Shown in pieces: positions 54,198 through 64,000 of a DNA stretch of 64,000 bases (within the stretch, counting starts at the first letter, position 1; every line of letters begins with the position of its first letter). Origin of the DNA: Strigamia acuminata (lineage: Eukaryota); NCBI GenBank assembly GCA_949358305.1, contig OX442314.1, forward strand, positions 11,718,001 to 11,782,000, read 5' to 3'. Position numbers and translations under genes: made by a program. The notes below the pieces were generated by a model that saw only the letters and a program-made list of their open reading frames with translations, was not told the DNA's origin and did not search any database.

Positions 54198-54677
54198 GAT
54201 AGCACGAATGTAAAGTCTGTCCACCACGACAACTCATCGAACTGATAACATATATCCAGTAAATATGAAGAGCAGCTCTAGAACTTTAAACTGTAAATAA
54301 AATATTTTACAATTTAAATTATTTAGGACGGTGGTCCTTTGTACTGTAAATTGTAAATGAATAAAAAAAATGTCAATATTTATAATTTCAGATTACTTCA
54401 GTCGCTTCAACTACAATTTTCTGCATGTTACCTACAGGTTACCTAATAGTCATTCAAAAGCCATCTAAAACAAGCTAAGCTGCTTTTTTCATCTTTGTAT
54501 TTTGATTTATAACAGTAACATTGTTTTAAATATGTTTAAAATATGTAGTCAAAATGTTTAATATACCTAAAACAGGCTAATTTTTCATTTTGTAAACCGT
54601 TGTCTACTTTAAGCATATGTTTTAGAGATTTGAAATGTATTGATTTAGTGTCCTGATATAAACTTGTTTTGATATCA

Positions 54678-57600
54678 TCATCCTGTAACTGGTTCGTCGC
54701 ATTCAGGAGGATTAACATTACCAAACAAAAGGTTGTATTCCGTGAGGATTGATAATACAAGAAACAAACAATAAAGTGCCAATAAATTCTTCCCCAATTG
54801 CGGACTTAACTGCCACTGTCTGAAGTGAATGACCATTAACTGCAGAGACAAAAACAATTTAGGTTTAAAACACAGCAAAAACATGATACATATCGCCAGA
54901 ATGACTAATTCACACTAATACTCTAAGCCGATACAACGTTGTCCTAATTCAAGTGTATCACTGGTGTAGCGGCACAAAAAAAGTAGCCCGTGACACCAGA
55001 ATTGTAATCAAAAAATAAAAAAACAGCAGGTTTAGCAAATTAAATAAATATTTTATTACCAAATAAATAAAATCTATCATTCTCATCACTTATTACCCTA
55101 AAATTAATTAGAATTAAACAGAACTACTTTTCCGCGTAGTAGAGCACACTCCACAGTTAGGCTTAATACGGCTTGAATTAGGACAACGTTGTATCGGCTC
55201 AGAGTATAACTGCAATATAATACAATGATACTGTCGAGGTCTAGTCTATTGTACTAACATATGCAATATTTTACCAATTAAACACCAAGAATAGTTACCA
55301 ATATGGACATAATAAGGAAAACCAATGTCGGAAATATGTTGATTCAATACTAGTGATATAGGCCAATACAAAACCAATAAAACGTATGTTGGCCACACTT
55401 TGGAAGTCCATTCACCACTTGTGGCAATTCGCTACTAGGTTGCCCATCTTGGTATTAGACTACAAAGCAATAATTTCTTGCAACAGAAACCCCCTTAAAG
55501 CCTTTTATTCAACTTGATGGGTTCACTCAGTGCCTTAACATGGCAACTACTGAAACAACACAACCCAGCCCCACTTTCTCATATCTTTACTAGGAACATA
55601 ATGCCACCACTTTGTTTAGAAGCATTGTCAACAAGTCTCTAAGTGCACAGCGCATCTCACTTGAAAGATAAGACACACCTACAGTTTGTGCCAGATATCT
55701 TGATATCAAATTCAAATGCGTCCCAAATTTCAGTTTCACTTGTGGTTTTGGCAGTATTCTATTAGGTTGAATAAAATAAAATAAATAAACAAAATATCTG
55801 ACATTTTTGACATATTTGATAAGTATTGATCCAATGCTGCGTACCGTAAATGCTCTAATAGAACGCCGGTGTTCTATTGACAGAACTTAGATTTTCACCA
55901 CCATTTTCTAGTGTTCTTTATTAATTTAGAAATTTTTTTTAGTCGTTTTGTTCAATTTAGATATTGAATTCAGTCATTTTGGTTAATTTAGACTCGCATT
56001 GTGAAGAATACCGCGTTGAATGGGTACCATTAAATGGGTATTGATCGGCTTGATAGGCCCATTTGTATTAGCTATGCCACTTTAATTTGTATTGGACTTT
56101 ATGTAGGACAAGTGAAGACAGCACTCCTCTTTAGAAGCCAACATCACTATTCAATTATATTACCCCATGCAACCAAGAGGAAGAAATAAAGCAATCGATA
56201 CGATGTCAGGACTGTCCTTTGCATGTTAAATAACCCATGACAATGTTCATCTGACAGACGAAATTTCCGGACAGGTGGTAATACTTCCCTCCATAACTCC
56301 ATTTAATCTTTGTGTTTGGCATTAAGCCTAGTTTTCACATCAGGATTGCCAATAAACCTCCATTTTAAATCATGTCAAAACCATTAAACTCGGCTTCGCA
56401 GCCTGCATACAAATGCACAGTCACTGTATTCTACAGTCGATTAGAAGCTTTTGTCTAATTCAACACTAAATGTTCTAGCCTCATTCTCACTCGATAAACG
56501 ACAAATCTGTTAAACGCTTAGTCATTAAGTGCAAGCTAGGCTAATGCTTGGCAGGTGCTTGGTCACTAAGCACAAGCTAATGAGTTAAACTCCCACAATC
56601 TCAGCCCGGTATCTTGATGCCAAATTCAAACCCTAAATTCCATTTGTAACTCAGAAAAATTGACTCACCATTAATGCTATGGACAGAAAAAGCAGCACAA
56701 CATTGTACCACATGCCTTCACTATTGATATACACCTATAAAAATGTAAAAAAAAAATTACATCATTTAATTGTTCATTCAATTAGTTTTCATTCTATTAA
56801 CCCCAGTTCCTGGCATCACTATAGTAGTTTGTAAAAACCAAGGTAAAGCTAGGCCTATAAGAATGTCAAACACATTGCTGCCAATGGAATTTGATACCGC
56901 CATATCTGCTTGACCTAAAAATTAACATCGCACAAAAAAAATTGTTACACAAAGTCTGCTAAATACTACCGTATTACCCCGCTATAGAGCTCTAAAATAC
57001 AAATTTGACCAGATCTGGGGATCTGATTGGCCAGTCCTTTTTATGGCATGTCGTAAAAGTCAAATTCTTGCTGGAAAATTGGGACTCGTTTTATTCGGCA
57101 CTGCCAGATAGTTCAAATTACCCAGCTCCCTGGTCGAACTTCCGATTTTATTTTAGGGCATGCCCTTCAAAGCGAGGTAATACCAGTATAAAGGCAATAC
57201 ACAGTTTGCAGTAAGTACTTTTCCCTTACAATTATGACATTTTTTACACTATATTTAGTATAAAATAAAAGTGTTAAGGTGGGTTCACACTTGGAAGTAA
57301 AGTAAGGTAAAGTAAAGTAAGCTCAGATAAAGTAGAAGTAAGGTAATGCAAGTGTGTTCACACTTGTTTGAAGTAGAAGTAAGGATTATCCAATGAAAAT
57401 TAAGGGGCAAGATCTTGATCCAGACTGTATTGTTTTTACATATAAAATCTATAAGTGTTTCTAAATTTTTATTTCTTGTGTCGGTGTTTGTGTTTTTTTT
57501 CCACCTCCCTGCACGCCTCGTCAAAGCGATGTTTGGCCGCATTCAATTGCACAAATGCAGCCGATGTTCCGCCACATTTCCGCGATCAAATGCGGCCGAT

Positions 57601-60600
57601 GTTCGGCCGCATTTGAGCGATTGAATACGGTCGATGTTCCGCCACATTTCCGCGATCGAATGCGGCCGAACATCTCCAGCATTTGTGCGATTGAATGCGG
57701 GCGAACATCGCCCGCATTTGTGTAATCGAATACGGGCGATGTTTGGCGAACATTTCGCGAAAACGTCGCGAAAACGTCGCGAATAATGAATAAAAATACC
57801 TCGCGAAAACGTCGCGAAAACGTCGTGAATAACGAATAAAGATACATCGCGAATATTTCGCGAAAACATTGCAAGACCGTCGCGAATAACGAATAAAAAC
57901 GTTGCTAATAATGGCGGCGAATTTAGTCTCGTTCAGTCTCGTTTAGTTTAACCTTCTCGCGAGATTAAGATTGTTCCTGATTGGCTGGAAGTAAGCTTTC
58001 TGCATTGCGTTACTTCCTACTTCAAAACAAATTTGAAGTAGCTTTTTGCTTACTTTACTGCAAAAACAATCCAACAATGCAAGTTACTTCATAGTGTGAA
58101 CACAAGTGTGAACCAACCTTTTAGAGTTTGACTTGCAGTTGAAGTTTTATGTTATACTTATACATGTAACGTGATTACCAAAACTAGTATTGTCTTGTTA
58201 GCATAAAAAGAGAGAATTTCGGTTCTTAACTGTTTCAACACGATGCTGCAACTTTATTATAGTGAATAAAAAATAAATAAAAGCAAAAACAATTAGATAA
58301 ACGGTAACATGTGCTCCGCGCATAAATGAAGTGGAGAATTCAAAATGGTGGCGAGGGAGGTCATTGCTAATCCAAATTTTTAGTCGGATTGACTCCGCTC
58401 AGTGCTGGACTGGCCCGGCGGGCTACCCGTGGCCGCTGTGGCCTGTCCCGACTTCATTAATTGTGGCCCGGACATCCAGATTTCCCGGTAATAAATTTGT
58501 TCCCAGTCCAGCCCTGGCTCCGCTATTTTCAGTTATAATGTAAGCTCCAGTAGTTATAAGTTTTCCACTATACTCCTATGCATAACAAGGGTTTTTATAA
58601 GGGAAAAGTCCCTGCTACAAACTGTGTAATAAGCAGGCCCGTTTCTAGGGTATTATTGTTTAAGAACGGGCCTGGCAACAGGCAAACCTTGTCTTGCAAC
58701 AATGAGACTTGATAAAGCGTCTGGTACGCTCGTACCAGCCGCTAAAAAAGTTATGCCCATCACGCTGTCAGGAATACCACATGTAAATCCAACTAAAGTG
58801 ACCTAAAGAAAACGACAATAAAAGAAATGCAACTTCTCTCTCTACGTTGATGTTCAATACTATTTACCATCCAAACCAAAATATATGAAAAAAATGCAAT
58901 CCACAGCATTGAATTGCAAAATGTAAGAAGATACCACTTTTCCCAACGTTGCTTGTGACAGTTTGGAATAGAATAATGTAGAGTGGCTTGTACTGGTAGT
59001 GTAATACCCCATACAACTATTTGATAAACCCCTTCACCTAAAACATATAGTCCTAATGTAGTATGCGTAACTCCGTTATCGATTCTTATTCTTAACCATA
59101 CTTAGACTGGGAATCCTATGCCAATTGTCGATTTCAATCATAGATTCTTGTTGCTCAAAGCTGCAAAAATGTGAAGAACAACGAGAGATTTTAAAGTTAA
59201 ATGCATTTCTATTTACAAATTACTCTTTATTCGGAACATCGTTCCACGGTTGAAGAGTTATGGGTTGACTTTTAACTCTTCTAATCTGGAATACAAAATT
59301 TACAAGTATAAAATATACATAAAATAATGGGAGAACAGACCTCTTCTATAATTCTTTTGGCTGCACCCCAAAAACGAGTCTTCGGACGAAAATTTCTCGT
59401 CATCATAATCCTGAATGTCGCCTCAAAAAAGGTCATTCTAAAATAAATCAAACAAAAAGACAAGTCCCATTTTTACTTTATCGTTCTCCAACAACATACA
59501 GTGCAGATTAAAACCCTCTACGACCAAGCACAGTGCTGGACTGGCCCGGTGGTCTATCGGGAATCTCCTGGTGGCCTGTGGCCCACTGTGGACCGTCCTT
59601 GGCCCACCGTAGCCTGTCCAGATTTCCCAGTACTAAATTTGTACCCAGTCCAGCCTTGAGTGAGCAAGCTCATCTGTCTCACTAATTAAGACAAGCATTA
59701 AATTAGTTTTAATTTTTGTAATAATGGCGTTAAATTTTTTTGGTGAGCCACGGAAAATTTTTAAAACATTAAGTGCGTCGCGAACAGAAAAAGTTTGGGA
59801 ACCACTGCCTAAAAGGTTCATTTGGATTGGTGCGAGTAAAGCATCCGCTTGCGAGTAATCAAAGTAGGTAATATTATCCACTTTGCAAAATAGAGTCTGA
59901 TGGTTTAGCTATTATCTCCATCAACCCCGCAAAGAGAAACTCGTGACTCACGTCAGAGGCAAATGGGAGATAGCTCAGTGATGATCTAAGGAGTTACTAG
60001 CTTTAGGTAAACCACTGACAAGTGAGTTGGAATCCGTCATTGGTCATCAAAATGCAGATGGATATATCCAATAACTGTCAAAACAGTTTCCTGAATGTGG
60101 ACTCGTACTTGCAGGGCATAAATGTGAGTTCCAACAAGACAAAGCTGTATAAAAGTTATCGAGTAGTTCCAAATAAAAAAATCGTTATTTTAAATCTCCA
60201 TCACTGTCCCCTCTTTTGAATCCAATTGAGAATGCTTGCCCGTAAAGTTTATAAAGACACACGTTAAAAATTGTACCAATGCCACATGGCATATTTGAAG
60301 TAATTGTTGCCACAGAATTTTAATTAATATAAGAAAACATGGCAAATGCACTATTATTTTGTTGCACCACTATTTTTACATTTTTATAATAAATTAAGTG
60401 TTTGTTCATCAATTGCTTCAAATGTTTCAGTATTTGTTTGCATTGTATCACAATTTTGCACTTTTGATTTAAATTTCAACTTTCTACATGCGCGCATTGC
60501 AGAGAAATGATGAAAAAAATGCGATGCACTTATCATTTTGTCATGCACTGTACTTTAAGTCTTCTTGTTGTAAATAAAAGAAGTATATAAAAATAAACAA

Positions 60601-63361
60601 CTAAAAATTTAATTTCCAACATCCGTACTCTAATACTGTCGTTCTTTTATTTTATTTGGACAGTAGCCATGTTAAATGCATGCTCAGTTTGAATTTTCCA
60701 TTAAGACACAGGGCGTGATCTGTGTACATAGAGCGGAGGTTGCATGCTATTACAGGCAATCCTTCAATTTCTCCAATATCCGGAATGTATCCCATGTGCA
60801 GATCCGCCCCCGGTTAAGCCTATTAAGCAACCCAGCAATGACAACTGTATTTACCTTCGGCGAGTATCCCTGATGCTTTCGTCTGCTGGAACACATAATG
60901 ATTGATATTGTCCTACCTCTTGATTCATATCATTATTGAACTGTACTAAAAAAAAATAATAAAAACAATAAAAAGAATAAATAACAAGGTGATAAATAAT
61001 GCAATACCGTAAGGGCCTTGCACATCTGAAGTTAAATTTTGATCCAAGATGCCCCTAGATGCTTGAATGTAGGACTCCATTCCTCTTAAAAATGTGTGTT
61101 CTATTAACCAACTTCTTAAAAGCACATTAAACCTAATTTTACAATAGAATTAAAATCTGTCTTGATAATTAAAGCTAATTCGCAAATTCCATACTTCATG
61201 AGAATGATGTACACTGCGTATAATGATAACATAATAACTGATTCCCACCAATAGATTTTCCCATCGGCCATAACCTACAGAAGTATTCAAGATAAAAGAA
61301 TTTAGTAAAGTTTTTTAACAACTTGTTTTGTTCGCCAGTACAAAACAAATACCGTATTTTATCGATTAAGAGCCGCGCGACTCTTATTCAAAACTGCCAT
61401 TTTTGTCAGCAATTACAATTTCGGTTTTTCGTTTGTACATTTGTTTAATGTAACAAATGAAGTCTGAACGTCACGAACGAAGCGTACGTTCATCGTTCAT
61501 GAGGTTAAATACGGAAACAATACCGTACTTTTGCAAAAATACGGTATTCTTGGTGTCTCAGCCGCGGCTACTATTCGAGAGCGACTCTTAATCGGTAAAA
61601 TACGATATCCCTATTGTCCGAAATAACTTACAGCCATTAAAAGTAGCACTGTGATAGCGTAGAAGGTTGTGTCACGTACAAGGGGCCACCAACTTAAAGG
61701 GCATGTCTAAAAGAAGTGGTAATTAATCATCGAATAATAATTGTCGCAGAGGGCCGGACAGTGGCAGTCAAATTTTGTTTTTTAATGTAGACTCTCTTTT
61801 TGGGTCTCCCCTTGAATATTCAATATTGGGCATTGACTGTATTTATACATTGACTAAATTTGAGTCATTATTGTCAGTCCAGGCCAGTTCCTCCTAGCTA
61901 GGGTATTGCGTGTCCTTGTGTTTTTGGTCATGTTGGCTGTCAAAATCATGCTTCGAAAAATGTAATTTGGCAGATATTTTTTACAGCGCACCTTGCACTG
62001 ACACTCCTTGGCGTCAGTCCAAAGTGATTATCAAAGTACCCAATTTTTGGCCCAAAAGAGATTATTTCAAAAAGTTTTTAGTGGATTAGCCCTGTGGAAA
62101 ATTATATGAAATGATTTGTCTTCAATGCAGTTGAATGTTGCTAAATTATTAGCTGCTTTTAAGTTTATGCGTAGCTAAACACAGGGCACAAGTAGATGGC
62201 GCAGTGCCCCCTAATCTCTTTAGCACAAAATGAACTATGGTTAAAAACGAGCCTGATTATAGTATTTTTCACTAGCAGTCACCCGTGCAAGCAGAGCATT
62301 TTGATTAAAAGTTGCTAAGAAATTGTAATAAACTACGTATACAACAAAAAAATAACAACAACCAACAGATAAATTCCGTGGAATCCCGCACCGCACACAT
62401 GGTTAAACATATGTCTCCCTAAGCCTATTTGAGCAAAATTTTAATTGAATTTAATCTAATGTAATCGCTGAATATACTCAATTCAATTAAATAAAAAAAA
62501 ATCGATGACTTTTTTTTTTTTTAACAAATTCATCGGTTTTTCTGTTTAATTCAAACATTCTAGCACAATGAACTTTAATTCAATTCAGCTGGTGATATGC
62601 TCAGTTCAATTGATTGCATGTAAGCTCGAACCTGTGCTCATAGTAGATCCACTTTCAATAAGCACATCGTCGAGAAGCCATGCCAAACTGTATACGTGAC
62701 AAGAATACCTAATGACGGCACGTCACATGCAAATATTTCCTGATTTTTAAGCAAAGTCCGGCCCTGATATCACCTCGTCAATTCCTTACCTGTCTGGAGA
62801 AAATGGCGCAAATGCCAATAACAAATAAAATATTAAAAACGGCAGATCCGATAATAGTACCCGTTCCAACATCTGCTTTTGCAACAAAAACCCCTAGTTT
62901 ATACAGACGAAAAAATAAAAAGAATAAATTATTTCGAAGCCAGAAATGTAACACTTTTAAAAAATTACCCAAAATCGATGCAAATAACTCAGGCGCTGAA
63001 CTTCCCGCCGCCATAAACGTGGCTCCGGCGACATCTTCACTCAAACCCATTTTCTAACATTAAAATTTCAAAATAATATAACTCAGAAACGTAGACAAAA
63101 AAAAAAAAAACACATTTTTTGCCGACATGAAAAATTCAGTCATACACTCCAACCAAATATTCATTTTTAACAGTAACGGCGTTGAAAGCGAATGTCAAAA
63201 TAGGCCTACCTCGCATATTCGTTCTAGAGACGTCACGAAATATCCATCGCAAACCACCGCCAATGCGTAAAACATGTAAACGCATACTAACACATGGATA
63301 ATAACAGCGCCTCGTTGTCGTTGAACATTCGTAAATAAATCGTGTGGAAATTCGTGGTATG
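54678..63361 (-). CDS. K+-dependent Na+/Ca2+ exchanger (NCKX3/4-like, SLC24), 5' exon(s) not located
   Basis: [19 protein letters not shown]; alpha-1 repeat [42 protein letters not shown]; alpha-2 repeat [22 protein letters not shown]; ends NVNPPEC. Confidence 0.93.
54921..55204. mobile_element. MITE with 33-bp TIRs and TA TSD (in the last NCKX intron)
   Basis: TA|CTCTAAGCCGATACAACGTTGTCCTAATTCAAG ... CTTGAATTAGGACAACGTTGTATCGGCTCAGAG|TA (32/33 match). Confidence 0.88.
55842..55995 (+). repeat. Dispersed repeat family B, unexpanded copy
   Basis: TACCGTAAATGCTCTAATAGAACGCCGGTGTTCTATTGACAGAAC plus 1-2 copies of TTTAGTCGTTTTGTTCAATTT. Confidence 0.7.
56969..57186. mobile_element. Degenerate TA-flanked MITE (CCGTA-type termini)
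   Basis: TA|CCGTATTACCCCGCTATAG ... TTCAAAGCGAGGTAATACCAG|TA. Confidence 0.6.
57278..58118. mobile_element. PIF/Harbinger-like MITE containing a 35-bp palindromic tandem array
   Basis: TAA|GGTGGGTTCACACTTG ... CAAGTGTGAACCAACC|TTT (TSD imperfect). Subterminal GAAGTA repeats; CpG-rich array at 57525-57900. Confidence 0.7.
58400..58516. mobile_element. Miniature hAT MITE family C copy 1
   Basis: ACTCCGCT|CAGTGCTGGACTGG ... CCAGTCCAGCCCTG|GCTCCGCT (TSD 7/8). Confidence 0.8.
59531..59658. mobile_element. Miniature hAT MITE family C copy 2
   Basis: CAGTGCTGGACTGGCCCGG ... CCCAGTCCAGCCTTG, colinear with the 58400 copy; TSD degenerate. Confidence 0.7.
59890..60550 (+). pseudogene. Fossil Tc1/Tc3-like transposase fragment with its 3' TIR
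   Basis: Broken frames give [39 protein letters not shown] and LARKVY; ends ...GTCATGCACTG|TA. Confidence 0.75.
61352..61605 (-). mobile_element. MITE family A copy 4 (NCKX intron)
   Basis: TA|CCGTATTTTATCGATTAAGAGCCGC ... GCGACTCTTAATCGGTAAAATACGA|TA. Confidence 0.88.
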
Positions 63362-64000
63362 CTTGAGAAAAAAAAAATTTTAAAAAAATAAATAAATAAA
63401 TAAAACAAAAACATTTTTCAGCTTTAATGTGTTCATTAGGCTGTCATCATTACATAATAATTACTAGATGAAGTGATAAAATATGATGGGTGCTTAAAGT
63501 CTTTTCACAACAAACATAATGGGAACATGAAATGAGAATTTCAATCAAAGTAATGTTGGTATGAAACACAGAATTGTGCGAGGCCCCCGCTAAAAAAAGA
63601 AGAAAAAAAAGGCTAAGAGCACTTGATTCGCGTACTGGTGCCTCGAATAAACTGAATTGCAACCGCACTGTGAGTTTATCTGTAAAGCAGCTGCCTGCGA
63701 TCGATGGGACAGGCTTTGCCCACGATTTGTTTAACATGTACTTCTATATTTGTTGGTATATAACTTCTGTTACAGCGTAGTTACTGTAGAACTAGAATTC
63801 ACCCATGAATATTCAATGACAGTTATTAAAAATTTGTCATAAATTATGTACACTGTACAATAAAAATAAGAAAATCATCCAACAAATCATCCCGTAGAAA
63901 TAAATTGCGTGGATATTAGGGAATGAAAAATATTACTCGCAATGTTTCGTCAAGACAAAACGTTTTTGTTCGTTGAGTTATCTTTTTGAATATGTTTATG

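Noticed and set aside
57521..57900. CRISPR-like palindromic repeats and associated ORFs
   Set aside because: Eukaryotic intron, contiguous units without unique spacers, no cas genes, enclosed by TIRs.
60631..60650. miR-8-like seed TAATACTGTC (and other miRNA seed look-alikes)
   Set aside because: The match stops after ~10 nt and there is no precursor hairpin.
61749..62766. Possible hAT bounded by GAGGGCCGGAC / GTCCGGCCCTG
   Set aside because: The flanking 8-mers do not match; plausible but unsupported.
63450..63737. 95-aa ORF as the NCKX first exon
   Set aside because: No convincing donor in the right phase and no recognisable NCKX N-terminal similarity.

Overview
AT-rich, intron-rich animal genomic DNA, probably an arthropod (taxon not determinable from the sequence alone). 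Three zones are visible. (1) ~1-18.1 kb: a non-coding gene desert with DNA-transposon MITEs, A/T-phased minisatellites and enhancer-like CpG-richer patches, ending in a cluster of CTCF-like motifs. (2) ~18.9-52.4 kb: a very compact block of 14 genes with mostly 55-70 nt introns: MACROD-like, LAMP-like, group II PAK, two orphan genes, PSME4/PA200, two tandem acylphosphatases, eIF3k, a cystatin-like gene, a third orphan, a Myb/SANT trihelix gene, APMAP and BCKDHA. (3) ~52.5-64 kb: a 5'-incomplete NCKX/SLC24 exchanger whose introns are packed with DNA transposons. Most notable observations: an orphan ~700-aa gene whose spliced C-terminal half resembles the plant/fungal TRF2/HOY1 PH-like domain; unrelated minisatellites with periods of 10/20/21/31/41 bp (PATC-like helical phasing); a hAT element resembling mammalian MER30; four GC-AG introns in PSME4; an acylphosphatase paralog lacking the catalytic Arg; and intergenic gaps of only 19-56 bp. 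Gene models were spliced by eye. Family assignments come from remembered motifs, not database searches.
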